Assembly (NCBI RefSeq): GCF_001194135.2
Contig: NC_068992.1
Location: 6,637,517-6,701,516, forward strand
Origin: Octopus bimaculoides
Taxonomy: Eukaryota
Length of the DNA stretch: 64,000 nt
Direction of reading: 5' to 3'
The position numbers were made by a program, and so were the translations under genes. Below are positions 13,591 to 26,089 of this stretch, one piece after another. Each line of letters begins with the position of its first letter. Within the stretch, counting starts at the first letter, position 1. Under the pieces are notes generated by a model. The model worked only from the letters and a program-made list of their open reading frames with translations. It ran no database searches and was not told the origin of the DNA.

Positions 13591-14173
13591 AGATGTGTCC
13601 TCTTTAAGGCTCCACAGTACGGTTTTGAATGAATTTTGGCTTATTGAGGTTGTCTTTGGTTGGTGATTCAATGGTTGATTGTAGTACCATGAGGCACATT
13701 CCTCCTTAGCTTATAACTGTAACAATAAGAACAGACAGAGAATTATTGTTTAGTTCCAAGTCAGCCTTCATTGAACAGCTCCATAGTCAAAGTAATTCCA
13801 GCCGGAACCCTCTTGCTTTAATGTTCTAATCATACTGTACAAATGCCAAAATTTTATATTTTCATAATCAGAGAACGTTCTTCACAAATATGAAAGAAAG
13901 ATCATTATTCATTCTGTAATCGTAACAATGACCGATTGAAACTATACTTGGCTGAGGAAGTCAAGCAAGACCAAAATAAATTCGGTGTTGCAAATCAGAC
14001 TAGCTCCCTCCCCGCCTACATCTCCATTACACCTTCTTTTGGTTTCTGACGCGACCCCCTTTATTCCGCCTGGGACTAAATCTTCATTAAACATTAATGA
14101 GCATATTCCGCAGTTAGATAGAAAGTTTAATTAGTAAAATATAATTTTGGCACTCATAGAAGATTGCACATAC

Positions 14174-14208
<35 letters not shown>

Positions 14209-14457
14209 ACACATACATACACACAAGAACAAACTGATTGTGTGTGTGTCTGTGTATGTATGTGTGTGTGTGTGTTTACTCACATGTATACATAGCTCAC
14301 TGTTGTAGACAATAGCATATAATTATACATATTTTCTATATCGCATGAATATATTCTTGACACCCCATAGTATATCATAGCATTCCATATCATATACCTC
14401 AATGTCATTTCACTCCTAACAAGTTTCTCACCTAAAGCATATTACGAAAACTGAACA

Positions 14458-14502
<45 letters not shown>

Positions 14503-14505
14503 CTT

Positions 14506-14573
<68 letters not shown>

Positions 14574-14830
14574 NNNNNNNNNNNNNNNNNNNNNNNNNNN
14601 NNNNNNNNNNNNNNNATATATGCACACACTATATACACACATTCATAAATATATATACACACACACATTTATGTATATAAATATATGCAAATACATTTGT
14701 GTATGTGTTTGTATTTTTTGCATTATATGTATGTATGTATGTACATGCTCACACACATATGCAGTATACATGTGTATATATATATATATATATATATGCA
14801 CGTGTTTTGTATGTGTGCATGTGTGTGTGT
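14458..14830. repeat. (TATC)n-(CT)n-(TA)n compound microsatellite, gap 14574-14615, then RY-rich tract
   Basis: Read directly. Confidence 0.95.
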
Positions 14831-15424
14831 ACATGCATGGTTTAATATATTTATAATTGATATATTTATTAATGTTTGCATTCATATGAATATATGGATA
14901 TATGTGGATGTGTTTGCTTAGTGAAGTTTTCTTAGCGGTTTGTTTCAAGTAAACTAATGACTATCAGATATCAAAGTCATTTCCAGTCGCGTAGTAATAA
15001 GAACATCAACACCAACATGAACAATAAATAAATAAATAATAAAAAAACAAACACTAAAATGCATTTGATGTGGAACTTATATTCAAATGAGGAAAAGCAA
15101 AAATATAAACCACTAATTATTCTTTAGAAAGAGGGAGGGAGAAAGAGAGCGCAAGTGGGATGGTGTGGTGTCTAAACTGAAGACTTGTTTGTCTTCATAT
15201 AGTTACTTTTTGATTTTTATTGGCAGCTTACATTAAACAGTGTCAATATAATAAAGATTTCGATCAATATAAACTCATCATTTTTAAGTGTGTGTGTGTG
15301 GCGAGATATGTGTGAATATATCCTATCCTATCAAATATGAGTCGCAGTAAATTTATATTAAAATATACAAAAAAAGAGAAGCAAACAAAATTTCATTAAT
15401 ATTTTCCATTTAATGAAAGCGATA

Positions 15425-15870
15425 AGGTGGTGAAATGGCAAAATCGTTAGAGTGTCGAAGAAGTTACCTAGCGTTTATTAAGTTAAAGCCCCTCTTATGT
15501 CCAGAGTTCAGATCTCGCTGACACAGTCTGTACCTTTCATTTCCCTTTGGAAAGGTGGGTTAAAATTAAGTACCAGTTAAATGGTCAATCTAATGGATTG
15601 TTATCTACAACACCCCACCACCACCACCACCATCACCACCAAATCTTTCTGATTGCGTCCTTGTACTCTTTTGTTAGAAGTTAATATAATGATAAGCTCA
15701 AAGGCGATGTGCTGGCAGAATCTGTCTTTACGTTTCGAGCTCAAATTCTCCCGAGGTCGACTTTGCGTTTCATAATTCGGCGTCTATAAAATAAGTACCA
15801 GTTAAGTCGATGTAATTAACTTATCCCTCTCTCGAAATTGCTAGCTTTGTGCCAAAATTTGAAACCAGTT
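15425..15870 (+). mobile_element. Two tandem SINE family A copies (old copy ~15425-15600; internally deleted copy 15701-15870)
   Basis: Shared blocks GAGTTCAGATCTCGC/GAGCTCAAATTCTCCCGAGGTCGACTTTGC, AAATAAGTACCAGTTA and GTGCCAAAATTTGAAACC. Confidence 0.8.
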
Positions 15871-16639
15871 TAATGACAGGCTTAAATTTTGTCAATGCGC
15901 GTGTGAAAATATACCCTACTGTATAGCGTGTATTTTGTAAAGCAGTTTAACTATCACAGATCAGTCAATTGTTTCAAAAGTTGTTTGAATTCATGTAATT
16001 CATGATCGAGCATACCTAATATCAAATGCATTCCAACAGTGACCATCATGCTGGTACATTCTAGTACATACCACTAAGAACAGTTGCAGTAATCTATCTT
16101 TACACACATTAAACAAATAAAGAAAAGCATTTCATTAATGGGTTCAGTCAAATTATTTATCTCTGAACGCTACATTATTACACCGTTATTCAACCAAAAC
16201 ATGTATTTATTTCTTAGGCTGATGCAGTAGTTTAGAAGTATGCTACTTAATACCGAAGTACAGAATTAAACCCACATATGCTGTTTCTAGAACACCAGAT
16301 ATCGAACATATACGCTGTGAGAGAAATTTGGTATATAGAAATTTTGTAAAAGCTTGTTGTATTCATAAATATAAGTATGCAAGCATCTATATATGTAGTT
16401 AGGTTTGTGTGTATGTATCAGTGTAATGTGTGTCTGTGATTTTGAAGTCGTGTCCATTTAGACACTGTAATTTAGTGGTCCGGCAAATACGTGTCGATAA
16501 AAATAAGTACTAAACTGAAATAATGTGGGTGGAGCGATATGATTGAATAAACACATGAAGACTTTGCAGCTCTAGAGCCGAAGTCCCACGACTGCAACCA
16601 CTAATAGATTAGACATACACAAACACACATGTGTGTGCG

Positions 16640-16651
<12 letters not shown>

Positions 16652-16713
<62 letters not shown>

Positions 16714-16727
16714 GAGAGAGAGAGAGA
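16652..16727. repeat. (GA)n microsatellite
   Basis: Read directly. Confidence 0.95.
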
Positions 16728-18799
16728 ATTTGTGTTTATATAGTTTATATTATACATACATATTTCTTTATCTATAAATAAAATACGTATATATACGCGC
16801 GCGCACGCACACATGCACATATATATACATGTATGCATTCTTACATATATATATATATATATATAAATTTTGTTTTTAATGTTTTATTAGGTATATCATA
16901 ATTATGTTTAACAATCAGCTATTTTGTTTACTTCAGTTACGTGACTTCAATATTTCAATATGATACGACCCAGCATGCCCACGGCCCACAGGCTGCAACC
17001 ACTAAAAAAAAATAAAATAGAAGAGAAGAGTCGATAGACGAGATGATATTGTATATAGAATATAAGCTATAATTTAATAAGTTTTCTTCAATTTTTTATT
17101 TCTCTTTTACTTTGAACAATATTTTAATATCTTATTAATATCGTGCTGTATTTCATATTCTAAAGTTGGGTGGTCTTGACTTTCCTATATTTCAATTTAA
17201 TAATTCGGTGCTAGTAAACGACATATTTCACTTAGACAAACACTCTTTCGAATCAACACGAGGGAGCCTGTGTGTGATCGTTCAATCTTCAAGAAATTGC
17301 AGCCAAATGTTCCTTGAATCATATTCTGTAGTCTTATGATAGGAAGGTCGTATTGATTAATATGGTTCACACAAATTAGATGCCATTAGCACGAATGCAA
17401 TGTGCTTGGTTACAGTATGTGAGCCTAAACAACAATAAAACAATAGCAACAAACAGTTACATGCCTTGGTGCCATGAATAGTAGCTAAATGTTTTATGGG
17501 ATTGCATTAAAATAAAAAACACTTTTGATAGTGTAGCTCTAGACATTTGCCTAATAAACGGGTTGGTTACGACTGGACTCACTCTGAACACAGATATGAT
17601 AAATTAGAGCTGACTTTGCTTTGGGTTAAAATGCAGCTGCGGCTAAATACAAACTCCTGTTGCCATTATTACAAATTTTCACTCAGTAGGAAGTAAGTAA
17701 AATGTGTGTGTGCGTGCGCGCTTTGTGTGTATTGATAGATAGATAAATAGATAGATAGATAGATGTGTGACGATTGTTTTACATGATTTCGTTAGCATGT
17801 ATACATGTGTTGTTAGATTTGTTTTGAAAACCTTTCTTAAGTTCTACTCATTCTGAGCACCTTCCTGCATACTTATTGTACCTTGTTGAAGCAGAGTTTA
17901 TTTTGTATAATCTTATGGATGCAGCTTGTGTTGTTAAGAAGTTCGCCTTCAAATCACGCGTTTCGTGTTTAATGTTTAATGTTATTGCTACTTTTCTTAG
18001 TTTAGGTCGACCAAAGCTTTGTGAATTACACTATCAAACATGGAGGGCGAGAAAAAAATAATAGACTTTACGCCGCTTTTTCTTCACAAAACTGAAGATA
18101 AAGAAAAAGTTCGTGTTGTTGGAGGCCATCTAATCTATTTCATTATAATTTGAAGGTTGTTGTTACAGGACGTGTTTCAATGCGATGCCTTTAAACTTTC
18201 GACGTGAGCTGTTGTTGCATTCAGGATTTCTTTAGATAAAAAAGTTCAAATAACTTTCTCTGAAGGAATGACTGTTGTCATAATTATATTCTACTACATT
18301 GTCAACAAATGAGATCTTTGACAGTTGTATCTGGCTCTCGCTTGTTTTATTTATTCATTAGTGCATAACGAGGTTCAGTATTCAAACCTTAATATTGTTT
18401 CAGGTGTAGAATTAGCAACAGAAAAACTTGTGTCTCTTTTATGCGTTCTGCAGTATAGAATATTAGATCAGGGAGTCATTGTCAGAAATTTAGATTGTGT
18501 ACAAATGCACTTTTGTTTTTTTTGTGATAGAGTATTGCATTCAGAATAACAAATCCATTTGTCTTTGTTTTGTGGGCAGTCATCTATACAGTTTAGAACC
18601 ATTGATTTCTATAATGTCAATATTACTGAATGTGCTTTCGTATTGAAGACATACGTAATACAGTCTGACAGATTGCAATGTAAGATACACACACACATAC
18701 ACACACGTATGTGTACATGTAAACAAACAGACACACACACGTATATATGTATGTATATGTATATATATATATATATATATGTGTATATGTATTTATAGA

Positions 18800-18851
<52 letters not shown>

Positions 18852-18940
18852 TACACACACACACACACATATATATATATATGGTATTTTTATATAAGCT
18901 TAGTGGTTTTGGTGATCACCGAGCACGAAAGCATACATAG

Positions 18941-18973
<33 letters not shown>

Positions 18974-19195
18974 ACCTTTTTTTTTCTGAATAGTGGATCA
19001 TATAAGGCTGTAAATAATAGCATTTAAATATTGGGTTGAAATATCTTTTNNNNNNNNNNNNNNNNNNNNNNNNNNNNNNNNNNNNNNNNNNNNNNNNNNN
19101 NNNNNNNNNNNNNNNNNNNNNNNNNNNNNNNNNNNNNNNNNNNNNNNNNNNNNNNNNNNNNNNNNNNNNNNNNNNNNNNNNNNNNNNNNNNNNNN

Positions 19196-19219
<24 letters not shown>

Positions 19220-19231
<12 letters not shown>

Positions 19232-19440
19232 ATGTGTTTGTGTGTCTGTGTTTGTCCCCACAACATCGCTTGACAACCGATGCTGGTGTGTTTATGTCCC
19301 CGTAACTTAGCGGTTCGGCAAAAGAGATCGATAGAATAAGTACTAGGCTTCTAAAGAATAAGCCCTGGGGTCGATTTGCTCGACTAAAGGCGGTGCTCCA
19401 GCATGGCCGCAGTCAAAAGACTGAAACAAGTAAAAGAGTA
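19220..19440 (+). mobile_element. 3' half of SINE family C (CAACATCGCTTG..GTCCCCGTAACTTAGCGGTTCGGCAAAAGAG..CCAGCATGGCCGCAGTCAAA..GTAAAAGAG)
   Basis: Near-identical to 51110-51298 and related to 57733-57870. The 5' half may lie in the gap at 19050-19195. Confidence 0.85.
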
Positions 19441-19689
19441 TATATATATATATATATATATATATAACCTTTTTTTTTCTGAATAGTGGATCATATAAGG
19501 CTGTAAATAATAGCATTTAAATATTGGGTTGAAATATCTTTTGCATAGAATAATTCAAAGGCCGCCAGTTGGATGCGGACAGGGATTTCCAACCCAATAC
19601 GTACATGTTAACTGGCAGGTTAAAATACCTATATACCAATCGAATTGCTTATAGAAAAACGAATACCTAGAGAAAAAAGCAGTTCAATA

Positions 19690-20011
19690 TTTAAGAGATG
19701 AGGAATTACGTACATTATTTACATTCGACGGATATTTGTCTTCATCGTGTTTGTTGTTAACACAACGCTTCGGCTGATATACCCTCCAGCCTTTATCATG
19801 TGTCTTGGGGAAATTTCGAACCTGGGTTCTCATTCCTAAGGTATTTTTCGATATTATTAATTATTATTATTGCTGTTGTTGTTGTTCAGGTCACTGCTTG
19901 GAATCGAACTCGGAAACTTGGGGTTAGTAGCCCACTACGCCATATGCCCGTGGGCATATTGCGTAGTGGTTAAGAGCGCGGGCTACTAACTCCAAGTTTC
20001 CAAGTTCGATT

Positions 20012-20014
<3 letters not shown>
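19690..20014 (-). mobile_element. tRNA-headed repeat element present as a head-to-head inverted pair (full minus copy plus truncated plus copy) carrying a degenerate hammerhead-like motif
   Basis: Inverted arms 19899-19949 and 19952-20014. The plus arm has an A-box-like TTGCGTAGTGGTTAAG, an anticodon-like loop CTACTAA and a B-box-like AAGTTCGATTCC. The minus-strand body contains GACAC-ATGATAA-A-GGCTG(10 nt)CAGCC-GAAG-CGTT-GTGTT. Confidence 0.7.
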
Positions 20015-20073
<59 letters not shown>

Positions 20074-20479
20074 GTATCTAGCGTGTGTGTATATGTGTAT
20101 GTGAGCGTGTGCGTCTGCTGTACGCGTATGCACAAAGACAGAGTGCAATTGAGAATGATATGGATAGCATATAAGAATAGAAAATACACTCAGATAGGCA
20201 TAGGTAAACATAACAGAACCAATGTAGCTCTCTTATGTATTCGGTGTGGATCGTCAGCTGCCAGAACTTGAATGAGAGACGATTCCATGCTCGACAATAA
20301 AAATGCTGCATTGCGTATAAATAGTCAACTGAAGAATTCCTCTTAAAATGTAACATCAAAATCAGCTGCAATAAACGTATCAATTCCTAAGTAATGCACG
20401 CTGAATTTACCATGCAAGAAAAAAAAATTAAGATTATTATTGATTTCTTGAAAGCTATACAATTTACTTACTGATAGCT

Positions 20480-20682
20480 GCTACGTTGTATATAGGAATG
20501 TATGTAAGTATGTATGTATGTGTGTATGTAAGTATATGTGTATGTATGTGTGTGTATGTATGTATGTATGTATGTATGTATGTAGGTAGGTAGGTATGTA
20601 TGTATGTGTTCATGTAGGTATCTATACATGCATGTACGCATGTATATATATATGTGTGTGTGTGTGTGTGCATTTATGTATA

Positions 20683-20715
<33 letters not shown>

Positions 20716-21420
20716 GTGCATGTGTGTGTGCGCGCGTGTGTGTGTACACAAGTATTTATGTACGTGTGTATGATTTTGTGTCGGTGTTTGTTTGAATTTA
20801 CTTGTGAGTCTGTGTGCGTGCATAATGTATACACGCATGTACATATATGTATATGTATATATATACATATATAAACACAGACAGACACACACACACAGAC
20901 ACACACACACATATATATATATTAGTATATCTATATCATGTATGTGTGTGATATATATATTAGTATATGTGTAGACATCGTATATATTTGTCTCATTATT
21001 ATTTATATGAAAATACATATTTATATACGAACACACGTGCAAGCACTCATACATACATACATATAAATGTCTATACATACTTTTATATATTAGAAGTGCA
21101 TACACACACACGCACATACAAATGCGTGTTCATATTTGTATATGTGTGTAGTGTAACCACAAGTGTTTACAAGCACACACATATATGTATATGTGCGAGC
21201 GTGTGTGATGTGTTTCTATGTATATGTATATAAGTATATATGTATAATATGATTATTAATATATGATTATTAATATATGATTATTAATATATGTATAATA
21301 TGATTATTATTATTTGTTTGATACATATTTAGTGATGTATATTTATCAAGCTATGTCTGTACACACACACACATACACACATACAAGCACACACGCACAC
21401 ACACACACACATATGCATAT
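20480..21420. repeat. ~940 bp alternating purine-pyrimidine compound microsatellite ((TATG)n/(TG)n/(TA)n/(CA)n), including a 14 bp ATATGATTATTAAT x3 tandem at 21247-21288
   Basis: Read directly. Confidence 0.9.
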
Positions 21421-22399
21421 TTAATTATGTATTGACGCTGTAAAGCAGAACATGGTGTATGCGCGTGCTTAAAACGAAATGCATTCTTCTATTCCTGCAT
21501 TCTTCATGGTAACACAATGTTGCGTATACGCATTCAACTTGGCTGATTAAGAGTTCATTTTTTTGAATGCAGAACCCATCTGCTACATGAAGCGAGCTAT
21601 CATTAACGAAATTGTTGATATGAATTATAGTTTACGCATAAAGTTGATTTTTCTGCGACACAAACGCTATTGATTGAAATCTTATATAGGTTAACATGTC
21701 ATGGTTAAGCGTATAAAACATGAATACGTTTGAGAGAAAATTACCACAAGGGATAAATTTCCATGCAAAATACAAAACATATGCTATCGGGTCTTGGGTC
21801 TTGCATATGTAACAGGGCAAGCTACAAAATTTTACGTCACCCAGATTATCCTTGCATTTAGTGAAGAAGTGTCCTCCTCTAGTTTTGTTGAAAACAGGTC
21901 TGTGTAGGACAAGAATGTATGCACATGTCAAACAGAACAAGATCTCCCACAGAAGTACACGAAGAGACAGAATCATAAAAAAAACATCGACAAAGTAACA
22001 TCTGAGCGTCACACAATTTAATTAATTTAAGAACTTCATTTGTTTGTTGCTGTTACATTGCTTATGTTGTTGTTATTTCGTTTGGTGTTGTTGTTGGTTG
22101 TGGTGGTAGTGGTCGTCATCGTGGTAGTTGTGCAGGTATTGTTTCCTTATGGTTTTGGTCCAAGTATGCCTTCATTGAAAAACACTATGTTCAAAGACAT
22201 TCCAGCCTTATTCATTTTATCAATTCTTTATTTGCAAAAGGATCCTGGCACCACATTATCCAAAGTCTCTTTTATTTAATTAATCTCTTTCTTTTTATTG
22301 TTTAAAGAAAGTAGGTTGTAATTTGGCGCAGAATTGGCTACTCTTTCATCAGGTCATGCAACTACGCATTACCATCCTCAGTTATAACGCTTGAAGTTG

Positions 22400-22625
22400 A
22401 TGATGATGTTGTTGTTGTTGCTGCTGTTATTGTCGTCTTTGTTGTTGTTGTTGTTTTTTCGTAGTGTTCAGCGCCAGGTCAGCATTGATTGATCAGAACT
22501 ATGACCAAAAGTAGACTAACCTTGACCATTTCATGTTTCTATATATCTCGGACAATATCAATCAATGTCATTCTCATTTTAAGATGGTAGGGTATAAGGA
22601 AAGATTTGACTATTGTTTGTAGCAA
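22400..22625 (-). mobile_element. SINE-like family B copy with (AAC)n tail
   Basis: Reverse complement of 44955-45130 (GCTAGAAATAGCAGC..CAAATC..CGGGAT.GTCA.GGC.GGAATGCC.TTGATCAT..GGGGCTAAA). Fragments of the same family occur at ~2430, 5270, 8935, 12270, 12391, 13780, 16025, 17290, 22700-22830, 24335, 29150-29290, 41215, 47560 and 59985-60150. Confidence 0.7.
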
Positions 22626-22881
22626 CTACAACGACCGCACAGAGGCTGCCATTTTGGATGTTGTTGTCGTTGCTACTGTTGTTAAGTATCAGCTCTAAGT
22701 TCACCGTGATTGAACAGACCTGGGATCAAAGGTATTTCACTTGTTTCCATGACCACATTATCCAATGCGTCGCCTCCTTTTAATGCTGTAGAGAGTAATT
22801 TGAGGGATATCTGGCTGCTATACCTCACATTTACAGCGACCAAGTGGTAGTTTCTTAGTCTGCAATGAGCATCTATTTTAT

Positions 22882-23098
22882 TGGCAGAATCATCAGTACA
22901 CCGAAAAGATTGCTCAGTAGCATTGCTTCCGGCTGTCTCCGCTCTGAGTTCAAATTCCTTCGTGGTCAACTTTGCCTTTTATCCTTTCGAGGTCCCTAAA
23001 ATAAGCAGCATTTGAGCACTGGGGTCGATATAATCATCTAACCCCCTCCCACAAAACTTTAGGCTTTGTGTCTACAGTAGAAAGTATTATTATTATTA

Positions 23099-23188
<90 letters not shown>
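22882..23188 (+). mobile_element. SINE family A copy with long (TAT)n tail (23085-23188)
   Basis: GAGTTCAAATTCC..GGTCAACTTTGCCTTTTATCCTTTCGAGGTC..CACTGGGGTCGATATAATC matches the other family A copies. Confidence 0.85.
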
Positions 23189-23191
<3 letters not shown>

Positions 23192-23201
23192 ACTAATATT
23201 A

Positions 23202-23527
23202 CTCCTGTAACTTTTCCTCACCCTCTGTTGTGTATGCATACTGACATTTCACATCCAGCAGATCATACTAGCTTCATTTCTTTCAAACCTACGCATGTTC
23301 TCAGCAGTCATGGCCCATGTTTCATGGCCGTGTAGCATGGCAGATCACACACATGCATCATACAGCCTACCTTTCGTCCTGAGCAAGAGGCCCTTAGTTG
23401 CCAGCAGAAGTAGGAACTCCCTGCACTTTGCCCAGGTTATTCTTATTCTAGCCATTACACTCTCAGAGTAACTACCCACACTACAGACTTGGTCCCCTAG
23501 GTAGTAGAAGCTATCAACTACTTCTAG
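23202..23527 (-). mobile_element. RTE-clade LINE ORF fragment (post-RT/thumb region), one frame with two stops
   Basis: Translates as LEVVDSFYYLGDQVCSVGSYSESVMARIRITWAKCREFLLLLATKGLLLRTKGRLYDACV*SAMLHGHETWAMTAENMRRFERNEASMICWM*NVS. The motifs E.V..F.YLG, RI..AW..F, K.RLY...V...LLYG.ETW and LE..E..MLR are diagnostic of RTE elements. Confidence 0.92.
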
Positions 23528-23574
23528 TTTTTTTCCCCCTGGCTTGTGATGGAATCTGTTTTCTGTACATCTTC

Positions 23575-23780
23575 AGTGTTTATTGCACGCTGACCAAAAT
23601 GCTTAGCGGCATTTCGCTCGTCCTTATGTTCTGAGTTCAAATTCCGCTGATGTCGCCTTTGCTTCTCATTCTCTCGGAGTCGATGAAATAAGTAGGAGTT
23701 ATACAGTTGGATCAATGTAATCAACTTACTCCCAGCCTCTAAACTGATGGCATTATGCCAAAATTTGAAATCACTATTAC
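23575..23780 (+). mobile_element. SINE family A copy
   Basis: AAATGCTTAGCGGCATTTCG..GTTCTGAGTTCAAATTCCGC..GCCAAAATTTGAAATC. Confidence 0.85.
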
Positions 23781-24537
23781 TCTTGTAAATTTCTTGAAGC
23801 ACAACTATGTGTCTTGTGATATTTAAATACAAATATGGGTTTCATATTTGAAATTTAGTGAATCAAAAGTTTTCATTCGCCTTTGATTATACAGGCATTA
23901 TCCATTACTCCCTCCATGTGTTTATATCACAAATAACATTATTTGATCGGAATCTGTGGACAGCATATAATATTCACAGGGAAGACTGGTGTGTTTATCT
24001 TGGTCATATGTATCTGGTGATAGAAACGGATGTGTTTCTGCCCCATTTAACCTCTTCACTGAAGTTTATTTATTCAGTCGGCAAGATAAAAGCGATTAAT
24101 AAACGGAAGGAATGTAGTGCTCATGATTACGAAATGTTGAGAACATTTATAATATTATGGATATCTCAAGGGAGATTGAAACACACTGGTTGAATATACG
24201 ATGCAGTCTTACATACGATCAATTGAAGAAATTCAGTTTACGGAGATTATTTGTGTAATTTAGTAGATAATATCACTGACAAATTAAATAATCCCTTCTA
24301 TAATGTCATCATAGACACACCGCCTCTTTCTAGACAGGCGAGACAGCCATAGCTTGAATGCCTGTCATCATAGGTCTGGTCTGTACTTGCTATCAATGAT
24401 AATGTGCATACATCCAATACAAAGAAAGGGCAATTTTCATTTTCATTTCAACGATTGTCACAAGATATCCAGCTGCCTGATCATAACCAGGTCATATATC
24501 ACCCACTGAAGGTAATTCAGAAACATACTATGTGTAC

Positions 24538-24568
<31 letters not shown>

Positions 24569-24677
24569 CATACATAGGCACATATGTATATATAAGTATA
24601 TGCACATGCAGACATGCATACACACATGCATACACACATGCACACACGTATATTTATGTGTGCCTTTGTGTGTATAA

Positions 24678-24710
<33 letters not shown>

Positions 24711-24829
24711 AGCTGACAATTATCCATCGTCTGTTATTATCCATTTCATATATAACTATATACAACAGCCGTACTTTATTGAGTTTAATTACCCCTGATA
24801 TTTGTAGATAGAAACATATGACGGCAGAA

Positions 24830-25060
24830 TTCATCGCTTTCGTCGTTTTCGTAGTGATGACATCAGCATCACCACCACTATCAGCATAATTACCATTGTC
24901 ATAATCATAACCATCATCAAAATCATAATCAATATCAGCACCCTCATCATCATCATTACCATAACCACTATCATAACCAAAACTATCATCGTGTTCCACT
25001 CCAACAAAATCAATCTCAGCTTTACTCTCATCGTAATCATTGTCTCCAGCGTCGCCATTG
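24830..25060. repeat. Degenerate (CAT/GAT)n trinucleotide tract giving an Asp/Gly/Tyr-rich minus-strand reading
   Basis: Three-base periodicity with ATC/ACC/ATA variants, read directly. Confidence 0.7.
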
Positions 25061-25172
25061 TTCCTGAGTCGTTTCTGCAGCTGAATTCGAAGTTTTATCC
25101 GTAAACGCTGTCTAAGCAATATTCTTTAAGGCAAAAATATGCGTATGTATGCATGTATGTATGGATGGATGT

Positions 25173-25290
<118 letters not shown>

Positions 25291-26089
25291 CGTATGCATA
25301 AGTATTTATGTATCTACAATAATGTTCTGTTGTTTGGATTGCTGCTGATTTGAACAATTGTCGATTTTTCTGTTTTCCTTTGTGTATCGTTAAGGAGGAG
25401 TTGCAGACTTGTCAGTTGTCTAACTGGTGTCATTGGTATTAATAGTAGTCTCTGCAGAATGTTTGCTTGCATAGTTTTTGCTATTTATATTCTACTGTAC
25501 GTCCCAGGTATGTTTTTGTACATGTCTCTTTTTCAAATATGAAAAATAGACTAACATACGTATATATTTATCATAGCGTACTTAGAAAATGCATGACGCA
25601 TTTTGTATAGCATATATCGGCCATTATAAACAATAAAGTGTTTTTCTCGCTGTTTATTGTTATCACTGTTTGCAGTGAGTAGACGTGACTAAGACATCTC
25701 TGTGTTCTGTTTATATTTACTTTATTCGGTTTTATGGAAAACATATATTGTGGGGAGGGGCTTTTAAAGAATTTAATACGGTCCTTTGAAAATTGTGAGT
25801 GTCCACCCTGTTTACCTTGAGTGAATAAAAAGATACTTACACTCTGAAAAATACTATGAAAATCGTTTACGGTTACACCACCAACCAATGCAACTGTAAC
25901 AATAGACTCCCTTAGTGAGAACCAATATTTAACAATGTAAGCAGCAACAACGGCACCATACTTTTCTTCGCGCTACTTAAAACACTGGAGATGGATTAGT
26001 TCCCAGAAAAAAAAAAAAGACATGCGTCTAGAGGTATGTTAAAAATGCTGTGCCTCCTACACCGAAGATTTCATCGAATAAAGGTCTAG

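Noticed and set aside
21815-21870. ATKFYVTQIILAF resembling the AGC-kinase FYAAQI.LA motif
   Set aside because: No flanking kinase residues; the frame closes shortly after.
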